A stretch of DNA of 64,000 nt from an uncultured delta proteobacterium (GCA_963803435.1 CAWDML010000008.1:718833-782832), one strand, 5' to 3'; positions 1 to 10,247 are shown, numbered from the stretch's first letter. Notes: a model not told the origin generated them from the letters alone. A program made the numbers and translations.

Positions 1-2234
1 GCCATCACTCCGCCGATGTCGACCGCGGCGCTGAAGGTCGCCGCGTGGTCCATCGCCCTGAAGCTCGATCCTTGACGCTCCACGATGTCGATCGGCCGCA
101 CCGTGTGGCAGTCGCCGCAGGCCGTCGGCTGGGCCAGCGGCGTGATCGCGGCGCCGGGCGTGGCGCGATAGCTCTCGAGCGACGCATGGAACACGCCGTT
201 CGACAGCTCGGTGACGACCCCGTTGTTGTTGGTGTGGCAGTGCCAGCACTTGGTTTCGTCGGGAGAGCCGGTCGGCCCTGCGTTCATCTCGGCAGGCAGC
301 TGGGCCGACGTGTGCAAGAACGCGTTCGGATAAGTGCTGGTTCGAAGGCTGGTGCCCGTGACCAGATTGTTCGGACCCGAACGCTGGAGCACGATCTCGT
401 CGACGGTGATGCGCTGGGTCGTCGAGCTGACCAGTACGGACCCCGGGTAGCCGATCGCTCCCCGCCAGTCTCCGCCCGGCAGCATCCCGCTCCCCGGGTC
501 GAACAGGTCCACGTAGCTGCCGGCCGCGACCGTCGCCTGGTGGCAGCCGATGCAGTCACCGCGGCCGTCGGTCGAATGATCGAAGCCGAGCAGCGCAGCC
601 ATCGCGGCGGCGTTCGCGCCGGGCAACAGGTCGGGTCGCTGCGTCGTGTGACAGTTGATGCAGGTCGTCGCAGCGAGCGTGCTGGCGCCGTGAACGAAGC
701 GTCCGTCCGCCCAGTCTTGATTGTCGCCCCACTGGCCGGTGCCGGGACCATGGTGGCACTCGACGCAGTCCTGCCCGGCGCCGTGCGTGATGCTCAACGA
801 GTTCACTCCGTAGTCGAACGGTGAATCGCGATAGGTCGAGCTGGCCCATCCCTGAGTGTCGCTGGGACGCTCGCCCGCATGGCACGGAAGGCAGCTCGAA
901 GGTGTCGGGTCGCCGGTGTTGTGGAAATTCCCGCCGGCCCAGGAGGTGAAGGTTGGCGCGGACGCCGCGTGGCAGCGCTGGCAGTCGGCGAGGGCCTCCG
1001 GTGCGCGGTGATCGAACTCGAGCCCCGCAGCGAGGCTCGAGTTGTCCGAGGTGACGACATCGGGCCGAGAGTTGGCGTGACAGTCCACGCAGGAGCTCGG
1101 CTGAGCCGATTCGCCGAGCGGCGCGTGGAACAGCACCGTCGCGTCCGGCTGACTGGCCCAGCTCGGAGCACCGCTCGCCGTGTGGCATGGGAAGCAGTTG
1201 GCGGGGACCGCCGGCGTCGTCGTGGGCGCGCCGCTCGCCCACAGCACCGCGTCGTGTTTCATCTCTCCGGAGGGGGGCGTTCGTTCCGGCGCCGTCGCGG
1301 TGGGACCCACGAAGCCGATCGGGCGCGAGCCTGCGTGACAGTCGGTGCAGTCCGTCGGCTGATCGAGCCCGAGATCCTCGATGGTCGCGTGGAAGAGGCC
1401 GGGGAGATACTGCCCCTCCGCAGCGTCCGGGTGGCAGTTCGTGCAGGCGCTGAGGGACTCGCTCGCCACCGCGGTCGTGGCGTGGTTCATCGGCATCTTC
1501 AGCGTCTGCGCCAACGGATCCAACGTAATGATCGACGTCCCGTTGTACGACGGGATCAACGCCTCGATCTCCAGATCGTGTGCGGGATCAGAGAGGTCGC
1601 CCTCCGGGACGCCGTCGCCGGAGAGGTCGAGATGTCCATCCGCGTGACGAGTGGGCATCGCGATGGTCATGCCGGGGCCGACGACCGGCGCGTGGCAGCC
1701 CTCGCAGGCGGTGCTGTTCGGGTGCGGGGCCGGCGGAGGCAAGCTGTGGCAGGAACCGCAGCTCGCCTGCGTTCCGTCGACGATGTCCCAGCGCGGTGTG
1801 TTGTTCGTGCCGCCGCCCAGAGTCGCGCCGTGGCAGTACACGTTCGTGCAGGTCTTCGTCTTGCGATCCCAGGTCGGTGTCGCGCTCGAAGTGTGCGATA
1901 GCGGGCCGAAGATCACCTCGGCCGGGAGCGGTGTATCGATGTGGCCGGGGTCGTCCACAGCCTCCGGGACGAGGTGACACTCCGAGCAGCTGACAGGTCG
2001 CATGAGGCCGGCGCCCAAGACGTGCTGCTGGTGGGCGCCGACGCCGATCGAGGCCGTGTCCATGCTGCCATCGAGCGCCCTCGGGGGCGCGGCGTTGCTG
2101 TTGCCTCCATGGCACGACCGGCACCCGCCCGTCCGCTCGTCGACGGGCAGGTCTCCTCCGGCACACGCCGAAGCCAGCCCCCACACCAGCAGCCCGAGGC
2201 AACCCGAGTCTCTTCGTCTCCGCTGGCTCACCAC
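1..2234 (-). CDS. Multiheme c-type cytochrome lipoprotein (CxxxxCH/CxxCH type), 3' end outside window
   Basis: Minus frame absent from the ORF track because it runs off the edge. Read manually: lipobox-like LASAC, then CRSCH, CSECH, CTNVYCH, CGSCH, CEGCH, CTNCH, CTDCH, CFPCH, CVDCH, CQRCH, CLPCH, CVECH, CINCH, CIGCH, CWHCH, CGDCH. Confidence 0.9.
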   Translation of the reverse strand, partial: MVSQRRRRDSGCLGLLVWGLASACAGGDLPVDERTGGCRSCHGGNSNAAPPRALDGSMDTASIGVGAHQQHVLGAGLMRPVSCSECHLVPEAVDDPGHIDTPLPAEVIFGPLSHTSSATPTWDRKTKTCTNVYCHGATLGGGTNNTPRWDIVDGTQASCGSCHSLPPPAPHPNSTACEGCHAPVVGPGMTIAMPTRHADGHLDLSGDGVPEGDLSDPAHDLEIEALIPSYNGTSIITLDPLAQTLKMPMNHATTAVASESLSACTNCHPDAAEGQYLPGLFHATIEDLGLDQPTDCTDCHAGSRPIGFVGPTATAPERTPPSGEMKHDAVLWASGAPTTTPAVPANCFPCHTASGAPSWASQPDATVLFHAPLGESAQPSSCVDCHANSRPDVVTSDNSSLAAGLEFDHRAPEALADCQRCHAASAPTFTSWAGGNFHNTGDPTPSSCLPCHAGERPSDTQGWASSTYRDSPFDYGVNSLSITHGAGQDCVECHHGPGTGQWGDNQDWADGRFVHGASTLAATTCINCHTTQRPDLLPGANAAAMAALLGFDHSTDGRGDCIGCHQATVAAGSYVDLFDPGSGMLPGGDWRGAIGYPGSVLVSSTTQRITVDEIVLQRSGPNNLVTGTSLRTSTYPNAFLHTSAQLPAEMNAGPTGSPDETKCWHCHTNNNGVVTELSNGVFHASLESYRATPGAAITPLAQPTACGDCHTVRPIDIVERQGSSFRAMDHAATFSAAVDIGGVM

Positions 2235-2389
2235 GAGAGGTGGTCGCCTCGGGTCCGCCAAACGTTGAATCGATCTTCGGGGGCTGTCGTAACTCGAGGT
2301 GTTATCGGGGTTTTCTGCGGGCGGGGATGGCCGGGAGCTCGCTCGGAAGGAGCGAGGCCGGGGGGAGACATCCCTGCCACCGCCCGAAG

Positions 2390-3328
2390 TTAGCCGGCCG
2401 ATCGAGGCTCGGCAATCGCAGGCGCGAGAACGTAGTCGATCGCACCGCAGACGGCCGCGACCTGGGCCGCGTTGCAGATCTCGGGCGTCACCTTTGGGCT
2501 GTCCGGGTACACCTCGGTCGTGCTGGTGTAACGAGCCTCGGTGATCCCGGCGCACAGGCCCAGCGCTCGGAACGCGTACTCGATGACCCCGCGCTGTGCG
2601 AGGTTACAGCCGATGATCTGTCCCTGGTCGTCGGGCTCCGCGATGTGCGTCACCCGCTCGACGCGAGCGATGATCGCGGTCTGGAAGTCGGGCTCCGGGC
2701 TCGCCTCGTCGTCGACCAGGTAGAAGCCGTCGGGGATCACGCCGGGCTCCGTCGGCTTTCCATCGCGCGCCGCGAGCGCGGGACGGAACTCCGTCTCGTC
2801 GGTGTCGGTGGTCTCGTGCAGATCGATATGCATGACGAAGTCCGCGGCCAGGCCGTCGAGGAAGCTCATCAGCGCCCGGCACTCTTCGGAGGGACTGTCG
2901 GCCACGAACGAGCGATTCGGGTCGATCGCGGCCGGATTCCAGCGATGGATGACCTCGTAGCCCCATGGGCTCACGCAGGGCGCCACCACGAGATTGACGC
3001 GATCGACATAGGAGGCCGCCTCCCCGGCGAGGAACGCAAGCGCACCCTGGACCCCGCTGGTCTCGTAGCCGTGGACCCCGCCGGTGATCAGCACCCACGG
3101 TGCATTCCCACGCGCTCGCGGGCCGCGAACCGCGAACAGCGGATAGCGCCGGGGATCGATGCTGAGCGCGCCGTACGGCTGCACCTCGAACGGTGCCCCG
3201 AGCGCCTCGAGCTTTTGCAGCACCTCGTCTCGATAGCTCCGCTGCACCCGCTGCTCGGCCTGCCAGGCGTCCTTGTCCGCCTGAGTCCAAGGCCGGCCCG
3301 GTTCTCCGATGTGATAGAAGCGGTTCAT
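2390..3328 (-). CDS. M14 family metallocarboxypeptidase (succinylglutamate desuccinylase/aspartoacylase-like)
   Basis: ITGGVHGYETSG (HxxE), DPNRSF and HIDLHET zinc-carboxypeptidase motifs. Confidence 0.9.
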   Translation of the reverse strand: MNRFYHIGEPGRPWTQADKDAWQAEQRVQRSYRDEVLQKLEALGAPFEVQPYGALSIDPRRYPLFAVRGPRARGNAPWVLITGGVHGYETSGVQGALAFLAGEAASYVDRVNLVVAPCVSPWGYEVIHRWNPAAIDPNRSFVADSPSEECRALMSFLDGLAADFVMHIDLHETTDTDETEFRPALAARDGKPTEPGVIPDGFYLVDDEASPEPDFQTAIIARVERVTHIAEPDDQGQIIGCNLAQRGVIEYAFRALGLCAGITEARYTSTTEVYPDSPKVTPEICNAAQVAAVCGAIDYVLAPAIAEPRSAG

Positions 3329-3531
3329 GGTCCGGGCGAGACTAGCATGCCGGTCTCGACTCAGGGTTGCGGAGCCGAGATGGCTCGCTCCAATCAGCGC
3401 GCCGCGCGGCCTTCAATAACGCCCCGTCAAAAGCCTCGTGCTCGTGCGTGAAGGTCGGCCGTAGCGTCCAACCGACAAGGATGAGGAACGTAGACAACAT
3501 GTGCTCTCTCTTGTTTTGCGATGGAGGATTC

Positions 3532-3870
3532 ATGAAGAATTTGAAGCTCATTCTCGCCGCTCTGCTCGTTACCTCGGTTTCCTTGTTCGCGTGTGGCGGC
3601 GAGGATCCCGGGACGGGGGGGCTCGAAGCCAACGACGAGTTGGGCGTCACCTCGAGCAGCGTTCGGCAGGACGGCGCCACCTGCATGGTCGACTGCAGCA
3701 CCGGCTCGCATTCGGAGTGCTACAACCGCTGGTACATGGTCCGACACGCCCTCCCCAACGTGACGGCCCACTGCGCGGACACCGCTGCGCTCTGGTGCAG
3801 GAACCGCGGCTGGAGCGTGTACAGCGTCTGGTGGTCCCACAATCCCGAGAACCGGGCTTGGTGCTACTGA
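3532..3870 (+). CDS. Small Cys/Trp-rich lipoprotein, hypothetical
   Basis: GGAGG RBS before ATG 3532; signal MKNLKLILAALLVTSVSLFAC; six further Cys. Confidence 0.7.
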   Translation: MKNLKLILAALLVTSVSLFACGGEDPGTGGLEANDELGVTSSSVRQDGATCMVDCSTGSHSECYNRWYMVRHALPNVTAHCADTAALWCRNRGWSVYSVWWSHNPENRAWCY

Positions 3871-4212
3871 CTCGCTCGCGCGAGGTGGCGCTCGCCCGCC
3901 ATGCGTCAGCTTCAGTGGAGGACGCAGGGCACGTCGGTGGGGTTGTTGGCTCGATTGCAGACGAACCCGTAATCTCGCAGGTCACCAGAGCGGCCAAGAT
4001 GTTGCCCCGGCCGACGTTGCCCGTCAGCGACGCGATCGTGCACATGAGCTTCTGTCGATACGCTCTGTTGAGCGCTTGGTTGTACTCCATGAGGTCGTCG
4101 CACGCGGCGTAGGCCGATGTTGGTGCGCTTGCCACGCCGTAGGCGCGAGCATGCGGCATTAAGCCACGGTCGGCCGGTTTCGGATCCCTTTTTCGGTCTC
4201 ACCTCGTGAGCC

Positions 4213-5448
4213 GTGGGTCTGCGATATTGTCCGAGCTGCAGGTCGGTCTACGCGGCCTCTATCGTCTTCTGCGGGATCGACGGACACCCGTTGGTGGAGT
4301 CCGAGGATGACCCGCTGATCGGTTGCGAGATCGATCGGTATCGCGTCCTCGAACGGATCGGAGTCGGTGCGACGGGCTGTGTTTACCGCGTGCAGCACAC
4401 GCTGCTCGAGGTCGAGATGGCGATGAAGGTCCTCCACGGAGATCTCACGCAGGACCAACGGTTCGCCGAGCGGTTTCGCCGCGAGGCCAAAGCGGTCAGC
4501 AAGATGCGCCACGAGAACCTGCTCTCGGTGACCGACTTCGGTCGCACGGAGAAGGGTCTCACGTTTCTGGTGATGGAGTATGTCCGCGGACTAACGCTGG
4601 AAGAGGAGATCATGCGCAGCGCTCCCTTCCCCATCGATCGCGCGTCGCGCATCGTGGAGCAGATCGCTGCGGGGCTCGGTGAGGCCCATCGGCTCGGCTT
4701 CATCCACCGCGACGTGAAGCCGATGAACATCATGCTCACCGCGCAGGACAGGCAGGAGCAGGTGAAGATCCTCGACTTCGGGATCGTTGGCCTGCGCACC
4801 GAGGTGATGGATGCGCGCCTGACGGCCGCCGGCTTCCTCATCGGAACTCCGGCTTACATGGCGCCGGAGCAGGCGACCGATCCGAGCGGCGTGACGCCCG
4901 CGGCCGACTTCTACTCGCTCGGCGTGATCCTCTTCGAGATGCTGACCGGCAGGCTGCCGTTCACCGCGACTCAACCGGTCGACATGATCCTCAAGCACTC
5001 GATCGAGCCGCTACCAGATCTCCCGCCTGCAGGGGGCCTGGAGCACCTCGCCCGCTGGATGCTGGAGAAGAGCCCGTCGAACCGCCCCCAGAGCGCCGGG
5101 CCGATCCTCGACGCCATCGCCGCCTGGCGCCGCGACCTCCAGGCCGAGGAGGTCACCCAACCCGGGCTCGAGCTCGAAGGTGTCGATCTCCCGCTCCTCG
5201 ACCCCGTCACGTACCACGGCTCGATCCCTCGCGAGGTCTACTACGAGCGCCTCTGCCAGCGCCTCGAAGACGTGAAGAACACGCTCGACGGGGCAAGGAT
5301 CTCCGTCGAAGCCTGCCGCACCTTCGATGCGCGCCTCGCCGACATCATCGCCACCACCCGCCCTGGCCTCGACGCTAACCGCTACCTCGATCTCGCCGAC
5401 CGCATTTCGCAGCTGGAACGCCAGCTCGAGCTCGGCATGCTCCAGTGA
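4213..5448 (+). CDS. Ser/Thr protein kinase with N-terminal zinc-ribbon-like segment
   Basis: IGVGATGCVY, AMKVL, HRDVKPMN, DFG and GTPAYMAPEQ motifs; N-terminal CPSC...FCGIDG. Confidence 0.93.
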   Translation: MGLRYCPSCRSVYAASIVFCGIDGHPLVESEDDPLIGCEIDRYRVLERIGVGATGCVYRVQHTLLEVEMAMKVLHGDLTQDQRFAERFRREAKAVSKMRHENLLSVTDFGRTEKGLTFLVMEYVRGLTLEEEIMRSAPFPIDRASRIVEQIAAGLGEAHRLGFIHRDVKPMNIMLTAQDRQEQVKILDFGIVGLRTEVMDARLTAAGFLIGTPAYMAPEQATDPSGVTPAADFYSLGVILFEMLTGRLPFTATQPVDMILKHSIEPLPDLPPAGGLEHLARWMLEKSPSNRPQSAGPILDAIAAWRRDLQAEEVTQPGLELEGVDLPLLDPVTYHGSIPREVYYERLCQRLEDVKNTLDGARISVEACRTFDARLADIIATTRPGLDANRYLDLADRISQLERQLELGMLQ

Positions 5449-5503
5449 GCATGATGACCAGCCTGTGGGTCCTGCTGGTAGGCGCGCTGAAGACGCATCC
5501 GCG

Positions 5504-5575
5504 CCGCGTTTGAGCGGCCAGCTCGGCAGCAGGTTGAGGACGCCCCAGCCGATGTTCACCCAGACGAGATCGTTG
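5504..5575 (-). pseudogene. Remnant of an M50/site-2 protease gene
   Basis: DLVWVNIGWGVLNLLPSWPLKRG resembles the NLLPxxPLDGG motif; no intact ORF around it. Confidence 0.45.
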
Positions 5576-5681
5576 GCGACGGTGGGCGATCGACGGGACG
5601 CCCGCGGAAATGTGCGGGGCGAACCGGTCGCTGAGGCCGGCGAGGATGAAGCCGGCGCACACGTTGAGCCGCATCGACGGG

Positions 5682-6167
5682 TCAGGGACATCCACCCGGT
5701 ACACAGCAGAAGCCGGGCGTCACGCGAAGGATGCAGTTGTCGCTGCAGCATTGCGAGTGGTCGCTGCACTCGCCGCCGAGCGGAACGCACACGGCGCCGT
5801 CGTCCGGGCTGCCGGTGTCCGGCTCGACCGAGGCGTCGGTGCTGGCGTCTTCGCCGAGGCCGGCGTCCTCGCTGCACGCCGAACAGTCTCCGTCGAGACA
5901 GCCGAAGCAGTTGCCGCTGATACACAGAGACCCCGGGTCGCATTGACCTTGAACGCAGGGACCGAGCGGGTCGTTGGCGAGCATGCAGAGCGCAGCGTCC
6001 ATAGTCTCGGCGTCCGGAGCGCCACCGTCGGAGCGAAGGCCTGTGTCGTAAGAAGTTCCATCCGTCGCCGGCGCGGCGTCATCGAGGCCGCCGACCACGT
6101 GGACACCGAGGCAGCCGGAGGACCCGACGTACAGGAGCGAAGCGACGAGCAGTCGGCGGTGGAGCAT
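5682..6167 (-). CDS. Cys-rich secreted/lipoprotein, myxobacterial type
   Basis: Signal MLHRRLLVASLLYVGSSGC, DAG/DGG linkers, and C-x6-C-x5-CC-x3-C type Cys cluster at the C-terminus. Confidence 0.7.
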   Translation of the reverse strand: MLHRRLLVASLLYVGSSGCLGVHVVGGLDDAAPATDGTSYDTGLRSDGGAPDAETMDAALCMLANDPLGPCVQGQCDPGSLCISGNCFGCLDGDCSACSEDAGLGEDASTDASVEPDTGSPDDGAVCVPLGGECSDHSQCCSDNCILRVTPGFCCVPGGCP

Positions 6168-6263
6168 CGGGGGTTGAGTGCGCGGAGCGCTCGAAAAGCT
6201 TACACGTGCCCGCTCGGTCGGTTGCCCGGGCCCACGGCGAAGCGTCATGGGTATAGTGCCGCG

Positions 6264-7103
6264 GTGTGGGCGGCCCTTGCCCTCAGCCTGCTGGGAGGCT
6301 CGGTTGAAGTCGGTGGCGCCACGCGCTGCCCGGCGGTCGCGGACGTGACGCAGCGGCTCGCCGCGCTCTTGCCGGCGGGCGGCGCCGATCGCCCTCTCCA
6401 GCGGGCGACGATCGAGGACGGCTCCGGCACGCTCGAGATCGAGCTGCGCGACGCGAGCGGCTCCCTGCTGGCACATCGGGCGATCGATCGAGCACGGCCC
6501 TGCAGCGATCTGGCGGAGGCGGCCGCGGTGATGATCGCCGCCTGGGTGAGCGCGCTCCCCGAGAGTCCGCTCGCACTCGCGATCGAGCCGGGGCCCTCAA
6601 CTCCCCCGCTCCCTCTCCGACTGGAGATCGGAGTCGGTCTGTTTGGATCGCTCACGGGCGATCGGACGGTGCGCCCGGGCGCAGTCGTCGAGGCGTGGCT
6701 CGACTGGGCGCGTGTGGCGCTCTTCGGCAGCTGGACCCGCGAAGGCGCGATCGGACCGGGCCGCTACTCGTGGTTGCGCGCGGGGCTCAGCCTGGGCCTC
6801 AGGCTGCCGCTGTTCGCCGCGTGGATCGAGCTGCGCGCCGACGCGATCGCTGCGGTGCTGACGGTGGCCGGAGCGGGGCTCACGGCGGCGCGCCGCGACT
6901 GGGACCTGGACCCGGGAGGATCGCTCGGCGTGCGCGCGACGCTTCCGCTCGGTCTCGGCAGCCACGATCCCTTCGTCGAAGCCTCGGCGACCGGCTGGTT
7001 TCGCCGGCAGCAGATCTCGGTCGAGGGGCTGACCGAGCAGGTCGTCCTTCCCCGGCTCGAAGGGATCCTTCTGGTGGGCGTTCCCGTCGGAGGCACGAGA
7101 TGA
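6264..7103 (+). CDS. Secreted hypothetical protein (possible C-terminal beta-barrel), first gene of ECF module
   Basis: GTG start, hydrophobic leader, CP...C pair, amphipathic beta-like C-terminus; stop overlaps sigma start (ATGA). Confidence 0.65.
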   Translation: MWAALALSLLGGSVEVGGATRCPAVADVTQRLAALLPAGGADRPLQRATIEDGSGTLEIELRDASGSLLAHRAIDRARPCSDLAEAAAVMIAAWVSALPESPLALAIEPGPSTPPLPLRLEIGVGLFGSLTGDRTVRPGAVVEAWLDWARVALFGSWTREGAIGPGRYSWLRAGLSLGLRLPLFAAWIELRADAIAAVLTVAGAGLTAARRDWDLDPGGSLGVRATLPLGLGSHDPFVEASATGWFRRQQISVEGLTEQVVLPRLEGILLVGVPVGGTR

Positions 7104-7699
7104 AAGCTTCTCTGCGCCGGCCGACACTCAAAGGCGTGCTGGGTGTGGCGGAACCGGCCCCGGTGTTGGCCGCGGAGATCCGCGCCGACCGCCAGGAGCT
7201 CGACCTCATCTATCGCGCCCACGCGCCTCTGGTCGCCACCTGGGCGTCGAGGCTGGCAGGACCCACGTGCGATCTCGAGGACCTGGTCCAGGAGGTGTTC
7301 TTGGTGGTCGAGCGGCGGCTCCCGAGCTTCAGAGGTGACGCGAAGCTGACCACCTGGCTGTATCAGATCACGCACAACGTGGTGCGGAGCCATCGCCGCA
7401 AGGCGCGCGTTCGCCGGTGGCTCTCGGGTTCTGCGGAGGAGACCGCCGGAGAGCTTCCGTCGACCGACTCCACTCCGATCGAGGACCTCGAGCGCGCGCG
7501 CGCGCGAGCGACCGTCTACGGTGCCCTCGACGAGATGGGGGACAAGTACCGCACCGTCTTCATCCTCTTCGAGCTGGAGGGCTTGTCGGGTCAGGAGATC
7601 GCGGAGCTGACCGGGACCAAGCTGGGCACGGTGTGGGTCAGGCTTCATCGAGCACGAGCCGAGTTCGAGCGACGCATCCTCGCGGGAGGCAGACGATGA
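7100..7699 (+). CDS. ECF RNA polymerase sigma-70 factor
   Basis: DLEDLVQEVF, FRGDAKLTTWLYQI, LEGLSGQEIAE and GTVWVRLHRAR motifs. Confidence 0.92.
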   Translation: MKASLRRPTLKGVLGVAEPAPVLAAEIRADRQELDLIYRAHAPLVATWASRLAGPTCDLEDLVQEVFLVVERRLPSFRGDAKLTTWLYQITHNVVRSHRRKARVRRWLSGSAEETAGELPSTDSTPIEDLERARARATVYGALDEMGDKYRTVFILFELEGLSGQEIAELTGTKLGTVWVRLHRARAEFERRILAGGRR

Positions 7700-8727
7700 G
7701 TCGCCGCGATCCCCCGCGCTGGATCGACGACGCCACGCGCGACGGCCCGATCCGCGATCTGCTCGAGAGCGCGGACGGACCCGCGGCACGACTGAGTGCG
7801 CAGGCGACCGCTCAGATCCGCGCGAGGCTACGGCGCGCCCAGCGCGAGCGGGCGCCCAACCGCCGTCTGGCCTTCGCCGTCGCGGCGGCCACGATGGCGC
7901 TCGCCGGGATCGCGGTCGCCGCCCGGCTCGGTGAGTGGTGGCATGCCCCGAGCACGCCGTCGCTCGTCGCGCCCAGGAAGGACGAGCCCGTGGAGCCGCT
8001 GAGGGTCGAGCCGCCGCCGCCCGCCGGGCCCGCGATCGAGGTGGTCGCACCGCCCGAGGTGAAGGCCCCGATCGCGCGCTCGAGACGACGCGCGCAGCCG
8101 CGACCGATCGCCCGCGAGGACCGACCGGCGGCGCCGGCACGCGTCGATCCACCCCCGCCGCCGTCTCCGGCTCCCGCGCCGCCGATCGAGCGCGCGGCCG
8201 CGCCCCTCCCGCCCGCTCTGGACCCCGGGCTCGCGCTTCGGGCCGAGTCGGCGATCGTGGCCGCGGCCCTGAAGGCGCTCCACCAGGAGCACGATCCCGC
8301 ACGGGCGCTCGAGCTGCTCGACGACCACCGCGCCCGCTTTCCTTCGGGTGAGCTGAGCGCGGAGGCGACGCTGGCCCGAACGGAGGCCCTGCTCACCCTC
8401 CGCGATCCGAAGCGGGCGCTCGAGGTCCTGGACGCGCTCGAGATCGATGCCATGCCTCGGCGGGACGAGCTCCTGGTGCTCCGCGGCGAGCTTCGGGCGC
8501 ACGAGCAGCGCTGCGCCGACGCGATCGGAGACTTCGGTCGTGCCCTCGGTGCACGCCTCCCTCGAGAGATGGAGGAGCGTGCGCTGTTCGGGCGCGCCGT
8601 CTGCCGGACCGAACAGGGCGATCGGACCGGCGCGAGGGAGGATCTCACGCACTACCTCCGCAAGTACGCGGGCGGTCGTTTTGCCGAGCGGGCTCGGGCC
8701 GCGCTGAGGTCCGGTCTGGCTGAGTAG
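7696..8727 (+). CDS. Single-TM Pro-rich protein with C-terminal TPR-like domain, putative anti-sigma factor
   Basis: ATGA-coupled to the sigma gene; TM AFAVAAATMALAGIAVAA; Pro-rich linker; helical repeats (RFPSGELSAEA, YLRKYAGGRFA). Confidence 0.7.
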   Translation: MSRRDPPRWIDDATRDGPIRDLLESADGPAARLSAQATAQIRARLRRAQRERAPNRRLAFAVAAATMALAGIAVAARLGEWWHAPSTPSLVAPRKDEPVEPLRVEPPPPAGPAIEVVAPPEVKAPIARSRRRAQPRPIAREDRPAAPARVDPPPPPSPAPAPPIERAAAPLPPALDPGLALRAESAIVAAALKALHQEHDPARALELLDDHRARFPSGELSAEATLARTEALLTLRDPKRALEVLDALEIDAMPRRDELLVLRGELRAHEQRCADAIGDFGRALGARLPREMEERALFGRAVCRTEQGDRTGAREDLTHYLRKYAGGRFAERARAALRSGLAE

Positions 8728-8825
8728 CCGGAGCTTCTCGGAGCGCGCAGAACCCCGCGGTCCGGGCCTCGGCGGTGATGGGTCGAGCGGGTGCAGCGGC
8801 GAGGTCCGCTTTGCCGGTTCCCCCT

Positions 8826-10247
8826 CTACGAGAGGGTGGAAGACTCCGCTTCCCCAGCGGTGACGGCGGTACCCGCGGGCGAGCTCGTGGGCAGGACGAT
8901 CCGGCCGAGCCCATAGGCGAGCACGATGGCGACCCCGGAGCCGATGAGGATGCCGACCTTGGAGGTCTCGAGGTTCGTCCCCGCCGGGAAGGCGAGCGCA
9001 GCGATGAAGATCGACATGGTGAAGCCGACCCCAGCGACGACGCCGACCACGGCGACGTGCGGCCAGGTGACACCGCGCGGCAAAGCCGCGAGCCCGAGGC
9101 GGGTCGCGAGCCAGGAGAACGCCAGTACTCCGACTGGCTTACCGAGCACGAGCCCGACCCCCGCACCTAGGAACACGAGCAGCGCCTCGCCCGAGAACGA
9201 GGTATCGCCGAGAGACACGCCCGCGTTTGCCAGGGCGAACAGCGGCATCGCTCCGAAGGCCACCCAGCCATGCAGCGCGTGCTCGATGCGCTCGACGGGG
9301 GAGACCGCTTCGCGTCGCGCCGTGTTGAGGTGATCGAGGTGCGGAAGCAGCGCGTGCTCCGCTGCGTCCGCGTGCTCGCGGAGCGCCGCCACGCTCGCGT
9401 CGGCGTGCGCGAAGAACTTCTCGCGGCCGAACCACGCCCGCACCGGGGTCATCAACCCGACGGCCACCCCCGCCAGCGTGGGATGGATCCCGGCGGCGTA
9501 GGTGCCGGCCCAAACCACCGCGGCCGGAGCCACGTACGCCCACGAGCTCCGGACGCCCAGCATCTGCATGGCGACGATCGCCACCAGACCGGCGCCGAGG
9601 ACGACGAAGCCTACGGGCGCGAGACCGGAGGAGTAGAAGACCGCGATGACGACGATCGCGCCGACGTCGTCGATCACGGCCAGCGCGAGGAGAAGGATCC
9701 GCAGCGCCGGGGGCACCCGGCTCCCCAGAAGCGTCAGCACGCCCACGGCGAACGCGATGTCCGTCGCCATCGGGATGCCCCAGCCCGCGATGGAGGCGCG
9801 ACTGTAGTTGAGCGCAGCGAAGATGGCGGCCGGGATCAACATCCCGCCGAGGGCCGCCGCGAGGGGGAGAGCCGCGCGGCGCAGCTCGCTGAGCTCACCG
9901 TGGTGGATCTCGCGGCGAATCTCGAGGCCGACCACAAAGAAGAAGATCGTCATGACCCCGTCGTTGATCCAGAAGTGCAGATCGCGCTCGAAGGAGAACG
10001 GCCCCAGCGTCAGCCCGAGGGGCACGTTCCAGAGCGCGATGTAGCTGGCCCGCCAGGGCGAGTTCGCCCAGACGAGGGCGATCGCGGCGACCGCCAGGAG
10101 AAGGATCCCGCTCGCCGCCTCGATGGCGAGGAACCTCTCGACGGGAGCGAGCGCGGTCTGCGCGAGCCAGCGAACAGGCCACCAGCTGCCCGGCGGCTCG
10201 CCGTACGGAGGCACGGTCGTCTTGTCGTGAGGCGTCGGATCAACCAT
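8826..10247 (-). CDS. nhaA: Na+(Li+)/H+ antiporter NhaA
   Basis: WINDGVMTIFFFVVGLEIRRE, GWGIPMATDIAFA, LAVIDDVGAI and GVGFTMSIFIA motifs. Confidence 0.96.
   Translation of the reverse strand: MVDPTPHDKTTVPPYGEPPGSWWPVRWLAQTALAPVERFLAIEAASGILLLAVAAIALVWANSPWRASYIALWNVPLGLTLGPFSFERDLHFWINDGVMTIFFFVVGLEIRREIHHGELSELRRAALPLAAALGGMLIPAAIFAALNYSRASIAGWGIPMATDIAFAVGVLTLLGSRVPPALRILLLALAVIDDVGAIVVIAVFYSSGLAPVGFVVLGAGLVAIVAMQMLGVRSSWAYVAPAAVVWAGTYAAGIHPTLAGVAVGLMTPVRAWFGREKFFAHADASVAALREHADAAEHALLPHLDHLNTARREAVSPVERIEHALHGWVAFGAMPLFALANAGVSLGDTSFSGEALLVFLGAGVGLVLGKPVGVLAFSWLATRLGLAALPRGVTWPHVAVVGVVAGVGFTMSIFIAALAFPAGTNLETSKVGILIGSGVAIVLAYGLGRIVLPTSSPAGTAVTAGEAESSTLS

Noticed and set aside
45-2393. 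Plus-strand ORFs such as 45-824 and 879-1901
   Set aside because: Antisense shadows of the cytochrome gene, typical of high-GC DNA.
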